Positions 25,301 through 39,573 are shown, numbered from the stretch's first letter. The stretch is DNA of 64,000 nt from Prorocentrum cordatum (GCA_963575745.1 CAUYUJ010000057.1:1-64000), one strand, 5' to 3'. The notes: generated from the letters alone by a model not told the origin. Program-made: numbers and translations.

Positions 25301-28300
25301 AGTTTACCGCTGACCGGCTCGTCGGCCTTATTCGCCTGAACCAGGACCGCGCGCCCGACGGGGATAAGGGCGTCGATGCGACCGCCCAGGTCGAGCGTCA
25401 CTGCGCCATCGGCGCGGCGGCGCCGGTGGACTTCGCAGTTGACGGTCCCACGAGCTTCAGATCATCAACGTGCTTGGGCAGCGTTGACACTTGTTCTGAA
25501 CCGCCGGCGCCGTAAGCACTGGACGTCTCGCGCTTGACCACTACCCCCGGGCCCCACCTCGTCGGCCTGGCGCTCCACTCCGGCGAGCGCGTGGCCTGGG
25601 TGAGCTTCGTGGAGAAGGCTCTGGGCGCATCCTTGCAGCCCGCGCCTGGCACGATGCAGCGCGGGCATTTGGTCAGCTCGTCGAAGGACTCGTAGCCTGG
25701 CGCGCGCCTAAGGAAAGCTGCAATTCCGAGCGGCAAGGCGAAGTTCACCGCGCGAGATGCTTCGCCCCGCTGCGTCTCGGCAGCGAAGGAACGCCTGCTC
25801 AACGCCCGCAGCGACGCGACCCCCTGTCTGGGCGACGCGCCGCCTCTGAAGACAGCATGCGCGGCGACGCTGGCTTCGCTGCCCCGGCGAACATCTCGAA
25901 GGCCCCGGCGCCCGTTTCGCGAAAGCCTCTCAGCGCAATGCAGCGCCGGATGATTTCAAAGGTCTGGCCGTCCGATCCGCCCCGACGCTTCCACCTGGAA
26001 ACGCGTCCGGGGCCCGCGACGTTCCGGGCGCCCATGAGCGGTCGCCCCTCGAAACACTGACACTTGACCCAGATGGTGAGCTCCCAGGGGGCGGCTGCGG
26101 CGACTGCCAGAGACAACCTCTACACTTCCTCCTTGGCCAGGACGTCTGCGTTGCGCGTGGCGACCTGGGTCTCGGCGGCGACATGCGTTTGAAGCGCGGC
26201 TGTCGGGGGGGCGCCGGCGACGCAGTCGCCGCGCGGCCCCTCGTTGCAGCTCAGGACTGCTCCGCGCACCCGGGGGCCCAGGTCCAGCACTACATGTGCT
26301 CCTCTTCCATCCTCCTCCACAAGCGCGGCGTAATCGTCCGCGGCGCTTGTGCGTAGTCGTCCGCGTAGTCCTCCACAAGCACGGCGTAGTTGCGACGTTT
26401 CGCGCGCGTGCTCCGAAGCCCAGCGCTGCGTCTCCAAGGGCTGGGGCCACTCGCGCGGCTCGCGGCCCAGACCGGCCGCGGCGCCCGCGACATCTGCAGA
26501 GACGTCCTTCTGCTGGCCATCAGTGCTCCCCAGCTCCTGCAGCTCCTGGGCCAGATCCTCCGCCTCTGGCTTCATGCCGGGCTGCCGAGGTCACCTGCTG
26601 GATGCGGCCGGAGAATTCGCGTCCGGCCTCTTCGGGCATGACCGACAGGGCGCCTGGTGAACAGCCCTCATTTACGCTGGCGGCGCCCTCGGGGGCGTCG
26701 ATGACGCAGCCCTCGAAAGCCTCGTCTTGGCTCTGCCCAGCGCATGCTGCAAGCAGCGTTTCGTTGCCCAATGCAAGCTGCATGTTGCGAGTTTCCAATC
26801 TCCGCTCGCTAATGAGTTGGTGGGCGTCGAACTTGACGCTGTCCAAGTGCGAGTGATGGACGCCACGCGGGCTCTGATGCCCCACCAGATGACCGAGCTG
26901 CGGGCGAGGGCCTGACAAGCCGCCCCCTGACTTCTGGCGGCGCAGAAGACGCGGCAAGTGGCGCAGGGCCACAAGGATGTCGGGGCCTTGCCGAACCTGC
27001 TTGGTCAGCTGCGCGCCCTTCGCGCTCTGTCAGTGGCCGAAGGTCCTGGCCTCGGAGCCTGCCATGACCCGTCCCGTTAGTCCTCGCCGCGATCCCAGGC
27101 CAGGCCTGCTCGCGCCACGCCGATGCAGATGCCGTCGAAGACGGCACCGACGAAAGCCCGCGCGTCCTGCAACCTGCAAGACGCACGACAACTTGGCGGC
27201 ACCTTGCCTCTAGCTGGCTCAACAGAGATGATCGCGCTGGTCCCTGTCCAACCCGACGCGTCTTTCGTGCTCGGAAAACGGTGGATTTCTACCTGGTCGC
27301 CAAGCTGAAGGTCCCTCTCCGGATGCAATGGCGCGCGTCTGGGGAGTGCGGCTGACGCGGGGAATCGATGTGGCCTCGATCGTGCGTTGCAGTGCAATCT
27401 CTCGGATACGCCGCCGCTGCCGGACGGGCTGCACTTCTCCGCCAGCAGAGGGGCTGGCGCCCAGTGACATAGACGCCAGATGCCTCGCCCTCGTCGTCTG
27501 CCTCCAGCGGCGGCAGCATGGGGGGCGACCTGCCAGAGACGACGTTACATGGTGCGACGTCGGCGAGGCCGCTGCTCGCCAAGACCGCGCTGGCCAGCAC
27601 GTGGGACGAAGCTGGATGTGATGCCTTCGCGCTGTAGCTGCTCCTCTGCGGGGTGAAATGCCCGTCGTAGGACGGCGCCGCGTCGCCCTACGAAACGAGC
27701 GCGCTGGAGCGGAGCTCGACTGTAAACCCGTGCTCCTCGCCTCTTCATCTCCTCCACGAACTGCGTTGAGGTCGCGCCGCCCTCGCCGTCCACTATGAAG
27801 GTCCCCATCATGCCGAACAGCTGGATCTACGAACAGTCAATGACCGCCAGCAGCGTCGAGTCGCGCTTGCTCGTGATTTCCGGGCCGTTGTACCACCGCG
27901 CAGCGCAGCGGATCAGGGGAAATATCATGCGCTCTCTACAACAGAGGAGGTCGCATTCGACGTGCTCGTTAAGTCGCGTCGAAAGGTGCAATGGAGGTAT
28001 TTTATGATGTGCGGGTGGCAAATAAACATTTACGACATCCCCTGCAATCATTGGCCACTGCGGGGGTGAGGTCGAGGATTGCCTGCGGCGCGTTGGCCGC
28101 CCGCGAAGCTCGCGCAATTTCCCTCGGCGCGCCGCCGCCAGAGGTGCGGCTTGCTTAGCTCTCGCAGACGTGTCTCGCGCGAGTCGCCACGCAGTGCTCG
28201 CAATTGCGCGGGGATTTCCAAGCGAGTCCTGTCTGAAGGCGTCGGCGCGCCTACGGCTGCGTCGGCTGCTCGCGGGATCGCCCGGGCAATGCGCTGATTT

Positions 28301-28987
28301 ACGAGACCTATGTTGTTTCACATCACCAGTTTGGCCCCTGCTGACTTGTTTCAAAATGATAGATTGGGATGAAACGCTGCCGCTGGATATACCGAGCACA
28401 GTTGATCACAACACAAACGCTCCTGCGAGCCCCCGCCAAATGGCAAGAAATGGTAAGCTTAGATCCGCATAGTTACATTGCAACCGAACCGCTTGACCCC
28501 CATCTCGACCGAACTGGCGGAATTTGACCACGCGTCCGACAAAATGCGTTCGACGAGGGATGCGCTGCACTATGCCCCGGCCACGGGCAGCGCTACGAGG
28601 GAAAGCGGGCCCTTCGAGGTGTCACTTTCAGCGCCCGTGAAGGTGACACCTCCCAGGGCCCACTTAAAAAGCACCAGAAAAACCCCAAGAAGGCCCCGAG
28701 AAGGCCCCAGGGCGGCACCAAGAGGCCCCCCAGAGGGACCCAAGAGAGGCCCCAAGAGGGGCCCAAGAGGGCCCTCCGCGGTGTCACTTTCAACGCCCGT
28801 GAAAATGACACCTCCCAGGGCCCACTTAGGGCCTCAGAAAAGCTCTAAGAAGGCCCCGAAAGGGCCACAGAGAGCCGCCCTGGGTTCAACTCCGCGTGGC
28901 GGAGTTGGAAGCGATAAGTTCAATACCGCATAGACCACCCTTCGGGTGATAAGGAGGTGAGGGGGGGGGAGGGACCAACGTCGCACT

Positions 28988-29737
28988 CGATCGATCTCAC
29001 TATCGAACTCACTACCGATCTCACATTCGATCTCAATTGATAGATCTCACAATCGATCTGACTGTCGATCTCACAATCAATCTCACAATCGATCCCACAA
29101 TCGATCTCAAATTCGGTCTCGCTATTGATGTCGCAGTCGGTATCACAATCGATCTCGCATTCGATATGACTATCGATCTCACGATCAAACTCACGATCGA
29201 TCTCATTATCGATCTCACATTCGGTCGTATTATCGATCTCACTCTCGATATCACAATCGATCTCACAATCGATCTCGCATTCGGCCTGACTATCGATGTC
29301 TCTATCGAACTCACTTTCGATATCATTATCGATCTGCCTATCGATCTCACTATCGATATCACGACTGAACTCACAACCGATCCCACATTCGGTCTCATCA
29401 TCGATCTCACTATCAAGATCACTATCGATCTCATGACCGATAGTGCTCTCACTACTAACTCAATCGATCGATCTCACAATCGATCTGACTATCGATCTCA
29501 CAATAGATTCCACAATCGATCTCACATGAGGTCTCACTATCGATCTCACTATCGATATCACCATCGATCTCACAATCGATATCCCATTCGGTCTCACAAT
29601 CGATCTCACTATCGATCTCATTATCGATCCCACATTCGGTCTCACAATCGATCTCACAATCGATCTCACAAGCAATCTGACATTCGATCTCACGTTCGAT
29701 CTCACAATCGATATCACTACCCATCTCACTATCGATC
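28988..29737 (+). repeat. 12-bp minisatellite (atcgatctcac[at])n
   Basis: Direct inspection. Confidence 0.95.
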
Positions 29738-29760
29738 ATCAGAATAAAACATCAACCTCG

Positions 29761-29791
<31 letters not shown>

Positions 29792-30637
29792 CATCAAAAT
29801 CATCATCATAATCGGGACACCGACGGGACACCGGCGGGACACCGCGGGGCCCCGGCCGCCCGAAGGGAATCATTTGGTCCGGCCGCGCCTCAGCCACACG
29901 GGACACCAGCGGGATACCGGCGGGACACCGCGGGGCCCCGGCCGCCAGGAAGGGAATCATTTGGTCCAGCCGCGCCTCAGCCACAGGAGACTTTCCTCTC
30001 GCCCGCCCACGCAGCTTCGCCTCGCCCGCACGCACGGCACGCACGAACACGAAACCGAAACCGATTTCCCGGTAAGGGGGCTCTCCGTTCCACTTCGATC
30101 TCACCCCCTCACCTCCGACCCTACTGGGGGCCTCTTAGGGGCCCTAAGACGGCACTGAAGAACCCCATGGGGGCTTTTTCAAAGGCAGAGGAGGGCGCAA
30201 AAAGGAGCCTCAGTGAGCCCCTGGTCTAACTCCACCTGGCGGAATTGGAAGCGATATCGCCCGGCGCCTTCATGGAGCCGCTCGGAGCTTCCAAGACGGC
30301 TCCAGAAGGCCCCAGGAGGGCCCCAAGAGGATCGAACGACGAGTCCTGGAAGTGCACCAGTGAGATCCTTGTTGACCTCCGCCTGGCGGAGTTGGAAGCG
30401 ACAATTTCCAGTGCCCTCTTGGGGCCTCTGGGGGGCCCCTCAGAAAGCTTTGGGGAGCACAGTGCAGGCCTTCGCAGGGCCGCGTGAGAGCCGTCCCAGG
30501 GCCGCATGTGTGCGCGGATGGGGGCGACGAGTGCTGACGCTGACGAATATGAGAATGATGAGGGCGATCAAGGCTGGCCCGAAACAAATCCTGGCGCCAT
30601 TGCAGGCCGCCGATTATCGGCCACGCCGCCAGGACGA

Positions 30638-30910
30638 CGCCAACCAACAAAACGACACCAACCAACAAAACGACACCAACCAACAAACCAACAAATCGAC
30701 ACCGACCAGCTAAAGGACACCAAGCAACAAAACGACACCAAGCAACAACACGACACCAACCAACGAAACGACACCAACCAACAAAACGGCACGAATCAAC
30801 AAAACGGCACTGACCAACCAAACGACAAATCACTTCACGACACCAATGAACAACGCGAAATCCACCGACCGCCAACCAAACATAAAATCAACCGACACAA
30901 CGAAACCAAC
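30638..30910 (+). repeat. 18-bp minisatellite (caaccaacaaaacgacac)n
   Basis: Direct inspection. Confidence 0.9.
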
Positions 30911-33139
30911 CCATAGAGCCAGACCAACCACTGGATTCGTGAGTCGGGGTAGTCATGGAAGTGAGCCGCTGCAGCCCGCGGAAGCCATTAACAGTGACCA
31001 GAGCACCGCAATGCAGCAGCGTCCCCGGGCGGCGGCGGGAGTCTCGGATCTCCCGCGGGACTGGAGCGTAGCGAGTTCGTCCTGGGTCCGGTTTAGTGAA
31101 GTGAAGAATTTCGGGGTGCTTGGCATGGCAAAAACCTTCACTTCACTAATCTGGGGCCCCTGGAACCCCAGGGCGTTTCAGGTCCCCTCGCTGTCTGGGT
31201 AGTCCAGGGGGCGCAGTGGCGGCTTACCAGAGGCCCTGTTCCCTAGCCTCACTTGCTTTCACCCGTGGTGCTCGACGGCCGTCTCGGAGCTGTCTTGTGG
31301 CGGTCTGGGGCAATCCCGAAGCCTCTTGGAGCCATCCCAAGGCCCCAAGGCGCCACCAAGGGGGGCCCCAAGAGAGCTCCCAGAGGGCCCCGAAAGGCCT
31401 ACAACAGATTGCAAGTTCGCGCGAATTCTTTGTACCACTTTGGGGGGTCCCTCTTGGGGCCCTCGGGGAACGTTCTTGGGGCCCTCCGGGGGCCCACTGG
31501 GGCCCCGGGAAGGCCCCAAGAACGCTCCCAGAGGGCCCCAAGAATGCTCCAAGAGGGCCCCAAGAGGACCCCACAAGTGACAAAAACTATTTGCATGAGG
31601 GTGCAACTTATTCGGCGCCTCTTGGGGCGCTCTTGGAGCCGTGCTGGGCGCCACTCGTGGACGACATGGGCTGGGCGACGGCATGTGGACCCTGTCGCTT
31701 GGGCCATCGGGGGTGCTCCCCACTGGGGCCACGAAGCCTGTGAGCGTATGACGGAATGGGCTGGGCGGCGGCCTGTGGGCCCTGCCTGTGGGGCCGTCGG
31801 TGCAGCTCCCCGTGGGGCTACGAAACGTGCGAAACGTATGCCGAAATATGCTGGGCGGCGGCCTGGGAAACCTGCCGCTGGGATTTTGTTTGGTGGAGTT
31901 GCCTATGGGGGCACGAAATGTTTGAGGGTGTGTCAATGTGGCCTGGGCGACGGCATGTGGACCTTGCCGCCGGGACCTCCGATGAGCTCCTCATGGGGAC
32001 ACGAAGCGTCTGAGGGGCGTGCCGACATGGGCTGGGCGGCGCACTAAGGACCCTGCCGATGGGGCCCTCGGTGGAGCACCTCGCAAGGCCACGAGACTTG
32101 CGGGGGATGTGGCGAAGCAGAGACGCGGGGGAACAAGGGGGTGTTTTGATGATGTTGATGAGGCTGGTGGTGGTATTGATGATGGAGACGACGAGGATGC
32201 TGATGATATTGATGATGATGGTGGTGGTGGCGACGACGACGATGGACGATGACGACGGGGACACGCGGAGAGCAGGGGCAGATACGCGAAGAGGGAGGAC
32301 GAGGGAGGAGGCCAGAAGGAATGACGCGGGGCGGTGTCTCTTCAAAACGAAGAACCAACACTGCAATATGGTAGGAAATTTCTGGACGACCCCCCCCGTG
32401 GCGCGGTCAATGTCCGCGACAGCATCGCTGGCACTACGAACGAAACTTTCGAACTCTTCCTGCGACGCTACCCGCGGGGTGGATCTGCCAGGGATGGGGG
32501 TTGAAACCGCCCCAGCGCAAAGCAAATGTACAATCCTGAGAAACCCCAACCAACATCAACCGATCCGCAACAAGCACGCAAGCCTTTGACGACCCCAACG
32601 CACGTGACATCGCATAACGCGACGCGCCATCGAAAACGTTCGACGCGCGGCCTCGGAATGACATCGGGCTTCGTGGAACGTCGACTGGAAAACATGAAAA
32701 ACCGCCCTGTAGGCTCCGAGATCAAAATTAGTGATGTGAAAGATTTCGGGTCTCGGCTGATTAACTACTGGGCTGGCTCGCAGTTGCGGTCCAGCGACGC
32801 AATCGTCAGAACCCCGACCTGAGCCGCAGCGCTGGATGATGAGTTGGCCCCCGGCGCCCTTGCAGGCGCTGGCGGTGGGACAGCTTCTGTTCCGAGGTCG
32901 GCCCCGCCTGGTAGATGAGCTCGTTGATCGCCGGAGTGGCGCGGCCCTCCAGGTCGCGCTGGCGCCCGGGGGCGTTGGCCGGCGCGCGGGCGCGGCCGCG
33001 CGGGAAGGTCGGCGAGCCCGCGCTTCCCGAACTCGCGGGCGCGCGCAGGGCGATCGCGCCCCTCCTCCCCGCGGCAGCCGGGGCGTTCCCAGCGCGCGGG
33101 GGCGCTGCGCGGACGCCGTCACGCAGCCGCATCGCGCTA

Positions 33140-33655
33140 GCGCGCCTTAACTGCTCGGGGATCCCCGAGGCGTTGGAGACCAAGCCGGCGGTCTTCCTCA
33201 AGATGCCCCCGCGACGATCTCGAATCCCGAGTTGGCACTGGTCGAAGATGACCTTGTGCGCGCCTGGTGCTACTAGCACCTGTGGCCGCGCGCCTCGTCG
33301 CGCGGCCGCGATGGGCGCGGCTGCTCGTTGGCGTTGTAGCCGCCGATCTTCAGCCGCAATAGTTCTACGTGGCCGCGGAATCGGCCTCGCGGGGCCGCGC
33401 CCTCGTAGGATCGCAGCCAAGAGCGGTAGTTGGGTTATTCGGTGAACGGGGCCCGACGACCGAAAGGCCGGCGCGCGGGAGCCACGATGGCCACTGGGAG
33501 CCGATTTTGTCGGACGTACCTCTCCCTGGCCTTCTGCTGGCTCTCGTCGTTGGGTCGCAGCCCGTGACCGAGTCGAAGTTGGCGCCTGCCCTGACGTGGC
33601 AGACAGCGAGTCTGCTAGCCCGCGCATCCCAAGTGCAAAACTCCATGATGTCGGC
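33140..33655 (-). pseudogene. C5-methyltransferase-like domain of the second copia element
   Basis: DIMEFCTWDARASRLA, NFDSVTGCD, AIVAPARRPFG, NEQP, IFDQCQLG...LRKT in the same order as in the + strand element. Confidence 0.5.
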
Positions 33656-34404
33656 GCCGTGATCAGTGGAGGTGGGGTAGGCGGGCAGGTGGTGAAAGTC
33701 GTCGAGCTCGGTGGACTGCGACGTTTGAGCCCTCGCCAGATGGCAATCTGATGCAGGGGCCGACGCGTCGGCAAGCCGGAGGCGAGGTTGCCGCGGAGGT
33801 CGTCGTCGCACTCGTCGGCGCGACCCGGCTCGCCAGTGGCCGGGAAGCCAAGAAGACGTGGGGACGGACCCGCGAGGTCGGTGCCGCAATCGTCGCAATG
33901 GTCCTCTACGACCAGCATTATTGCTTCGGGCGTGTGGCCCTCCTATCCTCGCTTCCTGGCGCGCGCGCTCAGCCGCGGGTGGGCGCCGACGACGTAGTAG
34001 CCGGTGACCTACTGTGGATGGCCAGCGTTGTGGTCCTCGGCGTGCTGCTTGAAGTGGTGTTCGACCCCGGTGCTGAAACTGCTGCTGCGCCTCGCCGAGA
34101 GCGCACCTTCCGCGGTGCGCCTGTTCTCCTGGACGTGCAACTGCAGTTGGGCGCCAGACGTAGCGCGTCGCGGCGCCTCAGGGCCAAGTCTGCGCGTCTG
34201 CCCGCGGTCGCCCAATCGCCGGGGCGTTCCTCCAGCTCGGTGCTGCGTCGGAACAGCGGGGCAAGAATCGGCGCGCCCGTGAGCGCCATGGAGGCAACGC
34301 CGCCGCGCTCGGCCTCGGGGGCCAGGAGGCGCGCGACAAGCCCGGTGCTTGCTAGAGTAGCCACGAAGCGCGCGAAGCGTGTGTCGAAATGGGGCAGGCC
34401 GGAA

Positions 34405-35410
34405 TTCCCTATGGGGCCACGGAGCGTGTGAAAGGTTGGCCAAGAAGGGGCGGCGCCGCCATGCGGACTGCACCTCAGGGGCCTTGGGTGGATCTCCCTA
34501 TGGGGCCACGAAACGTGTGAGGGGTGTGCCAAAATGGGGCGGCGCCGCCATGCGAGCTGCGCCGCAGGCTGCGCCACTGGGACCTTCTTGGTGGGAAGGA
34601 ACTCCCCATGGGGCCACGAAACATGTGAGGGGTGTGCCAAAATGGGGCGGCACCGCCATGCGAGCTGCGCCACTGGGACCTTAGTTGGAGCTCCATATGG
34701 GGCAACGAAACGTGTGAGGGGTGTGCCAGAATGGGGCGGCGCCACCATGCGAGCTGCGCCACTGGGACCTTAGTTGGAGCTCCCCATGGGGAGACGAAAC
34801 ATGTGAGGGGTGTGCCAAAATGGGGCGGCGCCGCCATGCGAGCTTCGCCACTGGGACCATAGGAAAAGCTCCCTACGGGGCCACGAAGCGTGTGAGGGCT
34901 GTGCCGAAATGGGGCGGCGCCGCCATGCGGTCTTACTGGGAACTCCCCGTGGGGCCACGAAACATGTGAGGGGTGTTCCAGAATGGGGCGGCGCCGCAAT
35001 GCGAGCGGCGCCACTGGGACATGGGGCCACGCACCTTAGGAGGAGCTCCCTATGGGGCCACGAAGCGTGCGAGGGGTGTACCAAAATGGGGCGGCAGCGC
35101 CATGCGAGCTGCGCCACTGGGACCTTAGGAGGAGCTCCCTCGGGGATGCGCCGCCATGCGACTGCGCCACTGGGACCTTCTTAGTGGGAGCTCCCTATGG
35201 GGCCACGAAGCGTGTGAGGGGTGTGCCAAAATGGGCGGCGCCGCCATGCGAGCTGCGCCACTGGGACATAGGTGGAGCTCCCTATGGGGCCACGAAGCGT
35301 GCGAGGGGTGTACCAAAATGGGGCGGCAGCGCCATGCGAGCTGCGCCACTGGGACCTTAGTTGGAGCTCCCTAGAGGGCCACGAAGCGTGTGAGGGGTGT
35401 GCTGACATGG
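34405..35410 (+). repeat. ~89-bp tandem repeat; diverged copies at about 31660-32110
   Basis: Unit ccctatggggccacgaagcgtgtgaggggtgtgccaaaatggggcggcgccgccatgcgagctgcgccactgggacc. Confidence 0.92.
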
Positions 35411-35421
35411 GTGGTGGGGAC

Positions 35422-35513
<92 letters not shown>

Positions 35514-36312
35514 GGAGGATGAGGATGAGGATGAGGATGATGCTGCAGATGATGATGCTGATGGATCATGGGCGATGGTGATGAGATTGACGATGATGCT
35601 GATGATGGGGAGAGGGAGGGGGGGCAGCGGGAGGAAGGAACGCGGGGCGCCGTCTCTTCAAAACGAGAACCCGACACCACAGGATGGTTGGGACAACAAG
35701 AGGATCGAGGAGGGCGGGGAGGAGGAAAAGGACAGATAAAGAGGGGGGGGAGGGGAGGAGGACTGAGGGGAATCGAGGGGGACAGGAACACGAACGTGAG
35801 GGGGGATTGCAGCTGTAGGGATCCGCCGAAGGGGGGCCGCATCATGCCGCGGGACCCCCCCCGAAGTCGCAGCCCATCCCCGCCGCACCTCTGGCGGTGC
35901 CTCGTGCCTGGGGGACGGGCCGCGTGGAGGCGCCCGCACGGCTGCCCAACTCGGCGCCCGAAGCCTGCAGCGGCCCTGCACAAGCAGAGGCCGAGCTTCC
36001 CGCTGCTGTCTCGCGAGGGGCACGAGTGACCGGCTCCAAGGAGCAGGCAGAGGATCCGAGTGGACCCAGCACGAACACCCAGGTCGAGGCTGGCCGACAA
36101 AAAATGCTAGGGCTACGGGGCATTCGCTGGAAACTGGCCATAGAGAAGCTTTTTGCATGATGAAGTTGGCAAGAGCGATGGGTCACGGTCAGGAGTTCAG
36201 GCTTCCTAGAAACGCGGATGCCTCCCTCCCTCCCTCCCCTGTCCACGCCAACAACCCCCCCTGCCAATCCGCTCTTCCCTCGGCCTCCTCTCCACCTCAC
36301 TGCACCCTTCTT

Positions 36313-36521
36313 TGGACGCCCGAAGTGGGTACGGAAAAAATGGGTACAATGCCCAACAACAAATGTTGTCCCAAACCAACAGCGGCCGCCGTTGGGCAGG
36401 CGGCCCTCTGTCTCGAATGGACCAAGGCCGCGGCGGCGTGGACAGCGAATCCTGTTCAAAGTGAACAGGAGCTGCTGTTGGGCATTGTACCCCTTCTTTC
36501 CGTACCCATTTCGGGCGTCCA
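36313..36521. mobile_element. MITE with ggacgcccgaa...ttcgggcgtcc TIR; second copy at about 46525-46730
   Basis: Inverted ends plus a near-identical dispersed copy. Confidence 0.75.
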
Positions 36522-38489
36522 GACCTTCCCCCGCGCCTCGTGCTCACCATCCCTCGCCGCCGGCTTGCAGCCCCTCGGCCGGCCGGGGCGGGCCAGGAGC
36601 TGCGCAGCAGCTACCTGGAGGGAAAGGCAGCCGAGGGCCATGACCAAGACCGAACTCGGAGACGTCGGTGCCGATCTTGGCAGCCAGCCGCCTTCAAGAC
36701 GACGCCAGGACGAGGACCAATTCGGACGCGGATACATCGAGAATATCTGAGATCTGGCGGCTCTGGGGGATTTATCGAGCGCCGCGACCGTCTGAGAGCG
36801 CTCCGGAACGCTCTGAGAGCTTTCAGGAACGGCCTGGAACGGACTTACCCTCGTCCTAGCCCCGCCCGACTCTTGGTCGTCGTCGATTCGAAGAACACCC
36901 TCGCGGAACGGCGACCACCAGCATGGACAATGGCCGCGACCGGCGTCGACGAGCTCCCGCGACATCTTGGTCACGGTCCTCGTGCTTCTTCCGTCGAGCG
37001 CCGGCTAAAATCGGTGCGCGGGCTCGGAGCATGGCGCGCCGCAGGCAGGGATCAGCGAGAGCGCGCAACCGCGGGGAGGAGTGCGCGCGGCACTTCGCCC
37101 GCGCGCGCGAGGGCGTAAGGGGGGCGCTCCGCAGCCCGGGCCTGGCTGGAGGCCTCCCGAATGGGGTCCGAGTGCACGCTGGTCGGAAGAAGTAGGTAGA
37201 AACATGGAGTAGGAAGGCGTTGAAAGTAGATCGGGTTCAGGTCCTCCCAGGGAGCCACAAAACACAGCAGAAGCAGATCGATTCTTGAAATAGGCAGGCA
37301 CTTGAAGTCGATTGGGATCTGGGAATCCAGACATACCTACCTTCAACGACCGAGGGGTAGATGGGATCAGAGGATCGCGCCGCATCGCCGATGCATCGCC
37401 GATGCATCAGGGTCGCGTCGGCGACGTCGGCACTGCACAGCCGATGACGGCGTGGAGAGAGTCGGGCTCCACATCAAGCTGCGATCCTCCGATCCCATCT
37501 ACTTCGATACCATTCGGGGGGCCTCAAGACGGTGCATGGCGAGGATCGAAGCCCTGCTGGAAAATTGCACCGAGCAGTGGCAGCAGTCTGCAGGTCAGCG
37601 GCGAGGTTGGCGGCGGAGGAGGAGAATCAGCATGAGGAGCACAAAGGTCCCAAGAAAACGGGCTCCTGCGATTCTGTCGCCGTCTCCCAGCTCCTGGGGC
37701 ACTTCGTCCTCCTCCTCCTCCTCCTCCTCCTCCTCCTCCTCCTCCTCCTCCTCCTCCTCCTCCTCCTCCTCCTCCTCCTCCTTGTGGTGCCTCGGAAAGC
37801 AGCAAAAGACGGCTCAGGAAGAGCAGCTCGGTCCTGAAAGAGCCCCCGGGGGTCCAGGACCCCCCTCTTCCCCCGTGCCAAGGAGAGGAGGAGAGGACAA
37901 CTATCCCAGCGGCCACTCTGCGCGAAGCAGAATTCAAAAAAAAAAAAAACAAAAAAAAAAGCCAGAGGAGCCGAAAACGCCTATACTGGCTTGAGGGAAC
38001 TCTGATGAGGCAGGTCCATGGCTGGCCTACGAGTGATACTCACGACACTTGTTCACAGGCGTCAGCCCGCGATTACCGCAAAACAAAAACACATGCGCAG
38101 AGGATCCTCCGAGATTTGTGTAGCTGCCTTCCGTCGCGGAAACACACCAAGACGTCGGGAAGGAATCGTGCCGAAATCTGCTTCAGATGCGCCAGTCCTC
38201 CTCGCGAGCCCGCCACATCAGTAGAAGAAAAGTCGTCCAACGTTGGGCCAAATTCTGACGTCAAGAGGCTCCCCAGGTCGTGAGCAAACCAGGTCTGAGC
38301 AACGCCCGCCAGATCTAGTGGCTAGTGCTCCGCCGAAGCCCGTTGGCGCCCTCCCGAATCACTGCTGCTCCTCGTCTTTCTCCCCCCCTCATCATTCATA
38401 AAGGGTTCTTTTAGGGTGCCCTTGAAGCCCAGCTGGGGACCTGATGGGTCCCTTGGGGAGACCCTTGCGGGTTTTCCCGCCTTCCCCGA

Positions 38490-38646
38490 ACACCACAAAC
38501 CGAACACTAACCCCCAAACACCAACCCCCAAACACCAAACACCAACCCCAAACCCCCAACCCCCAACCCCCAACCCCCAAACACCAAACACCACACACCA
38601 AACACCAAACACAAAACATCAAACGTCAAACACCAAACACCAAACT

Positions 38647-38694
<48 letters not shown>

Positions 38695-38902
38695 CCCAAA
38701 CACCAGACACCAAACACCAGACACCAGACACCAGACACCATACACCGAACACCAAACACCAGACACCAAACACCAAACACCAGGCACCAACCCCAAACAG
38801 CAACCCCCAAACAGCAACCCCCAAACACCAAACAACAAACACCAAACACAAACACCAAACACCAAACACCAAACATCAAACACCAAACACCAAACACCAA
38901 TG

Positions 38903-38935
<33 letters not shown>

Positions 38936-38948
38936 ATACTAATACTAA

Positions 38949-39007
<59 letters not shown>

Positions 39008-39573
39008 ATACTGCTACTACTACTGCTACTACTACGACTACGACCACAAGTACTACTACTACGACGACAACGACGACGAATACTACTACTACTACTACTT
39101 CTACTGCTACTACTACTAGTGCTACGAGTAGCACTACTACTCCTACTACTGCTACTGCTACTGCTACTGCTACTGCGAATGCTACTGCTAGCACTGCTAC
39201 TGCCACTACTACTATTACTGCAACTACTGCCACTACTACTACTGCCGCACTGCTACTGCTGCTACTACTACTGCGAATGCTACTACTGCTACTGCTACTG
39301 CCACTACTAATACTACCACCACCAGTACTACTACTACTGCTACTACTACTACTACTACCACTACTACTACTACTGCTACTACTACTCATACTACTGCTAC
39401 TGCTGCTGCTACTACTACTACTACTATTACGACGGCTGCTGCTACTACTGCTACTACTACTACTACGACTGCTCCACCTACTCCTGCTACTACTATTACT
39501 TCTACTACTATACTACTACGACTACTACGACTACTACGACTATTACGACTACTGCGACTACGACTACTACGAT

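Larger units (their letters stand above)
24450..34380 (-). mobile_element. Second, diverged and heavily decayed copia-like retrotransposon, interrupted at about 28310-32820; ends approximate
   Basis: Integrase NEHVECDLL, FIVDGEGG, GRRGAVLR (27550-28250); RT GCKDAPRAFS and KHVDDLK (25450-25700); RNaseH-like tail near 24600-25100; MTase-like region 33140-33655. Confidence 0.8.

Noticed and set aside
29037..29747. 236-aa (IDLT)n ORF
   Set aside because: 12-bp minisatellite with no flanking coding context
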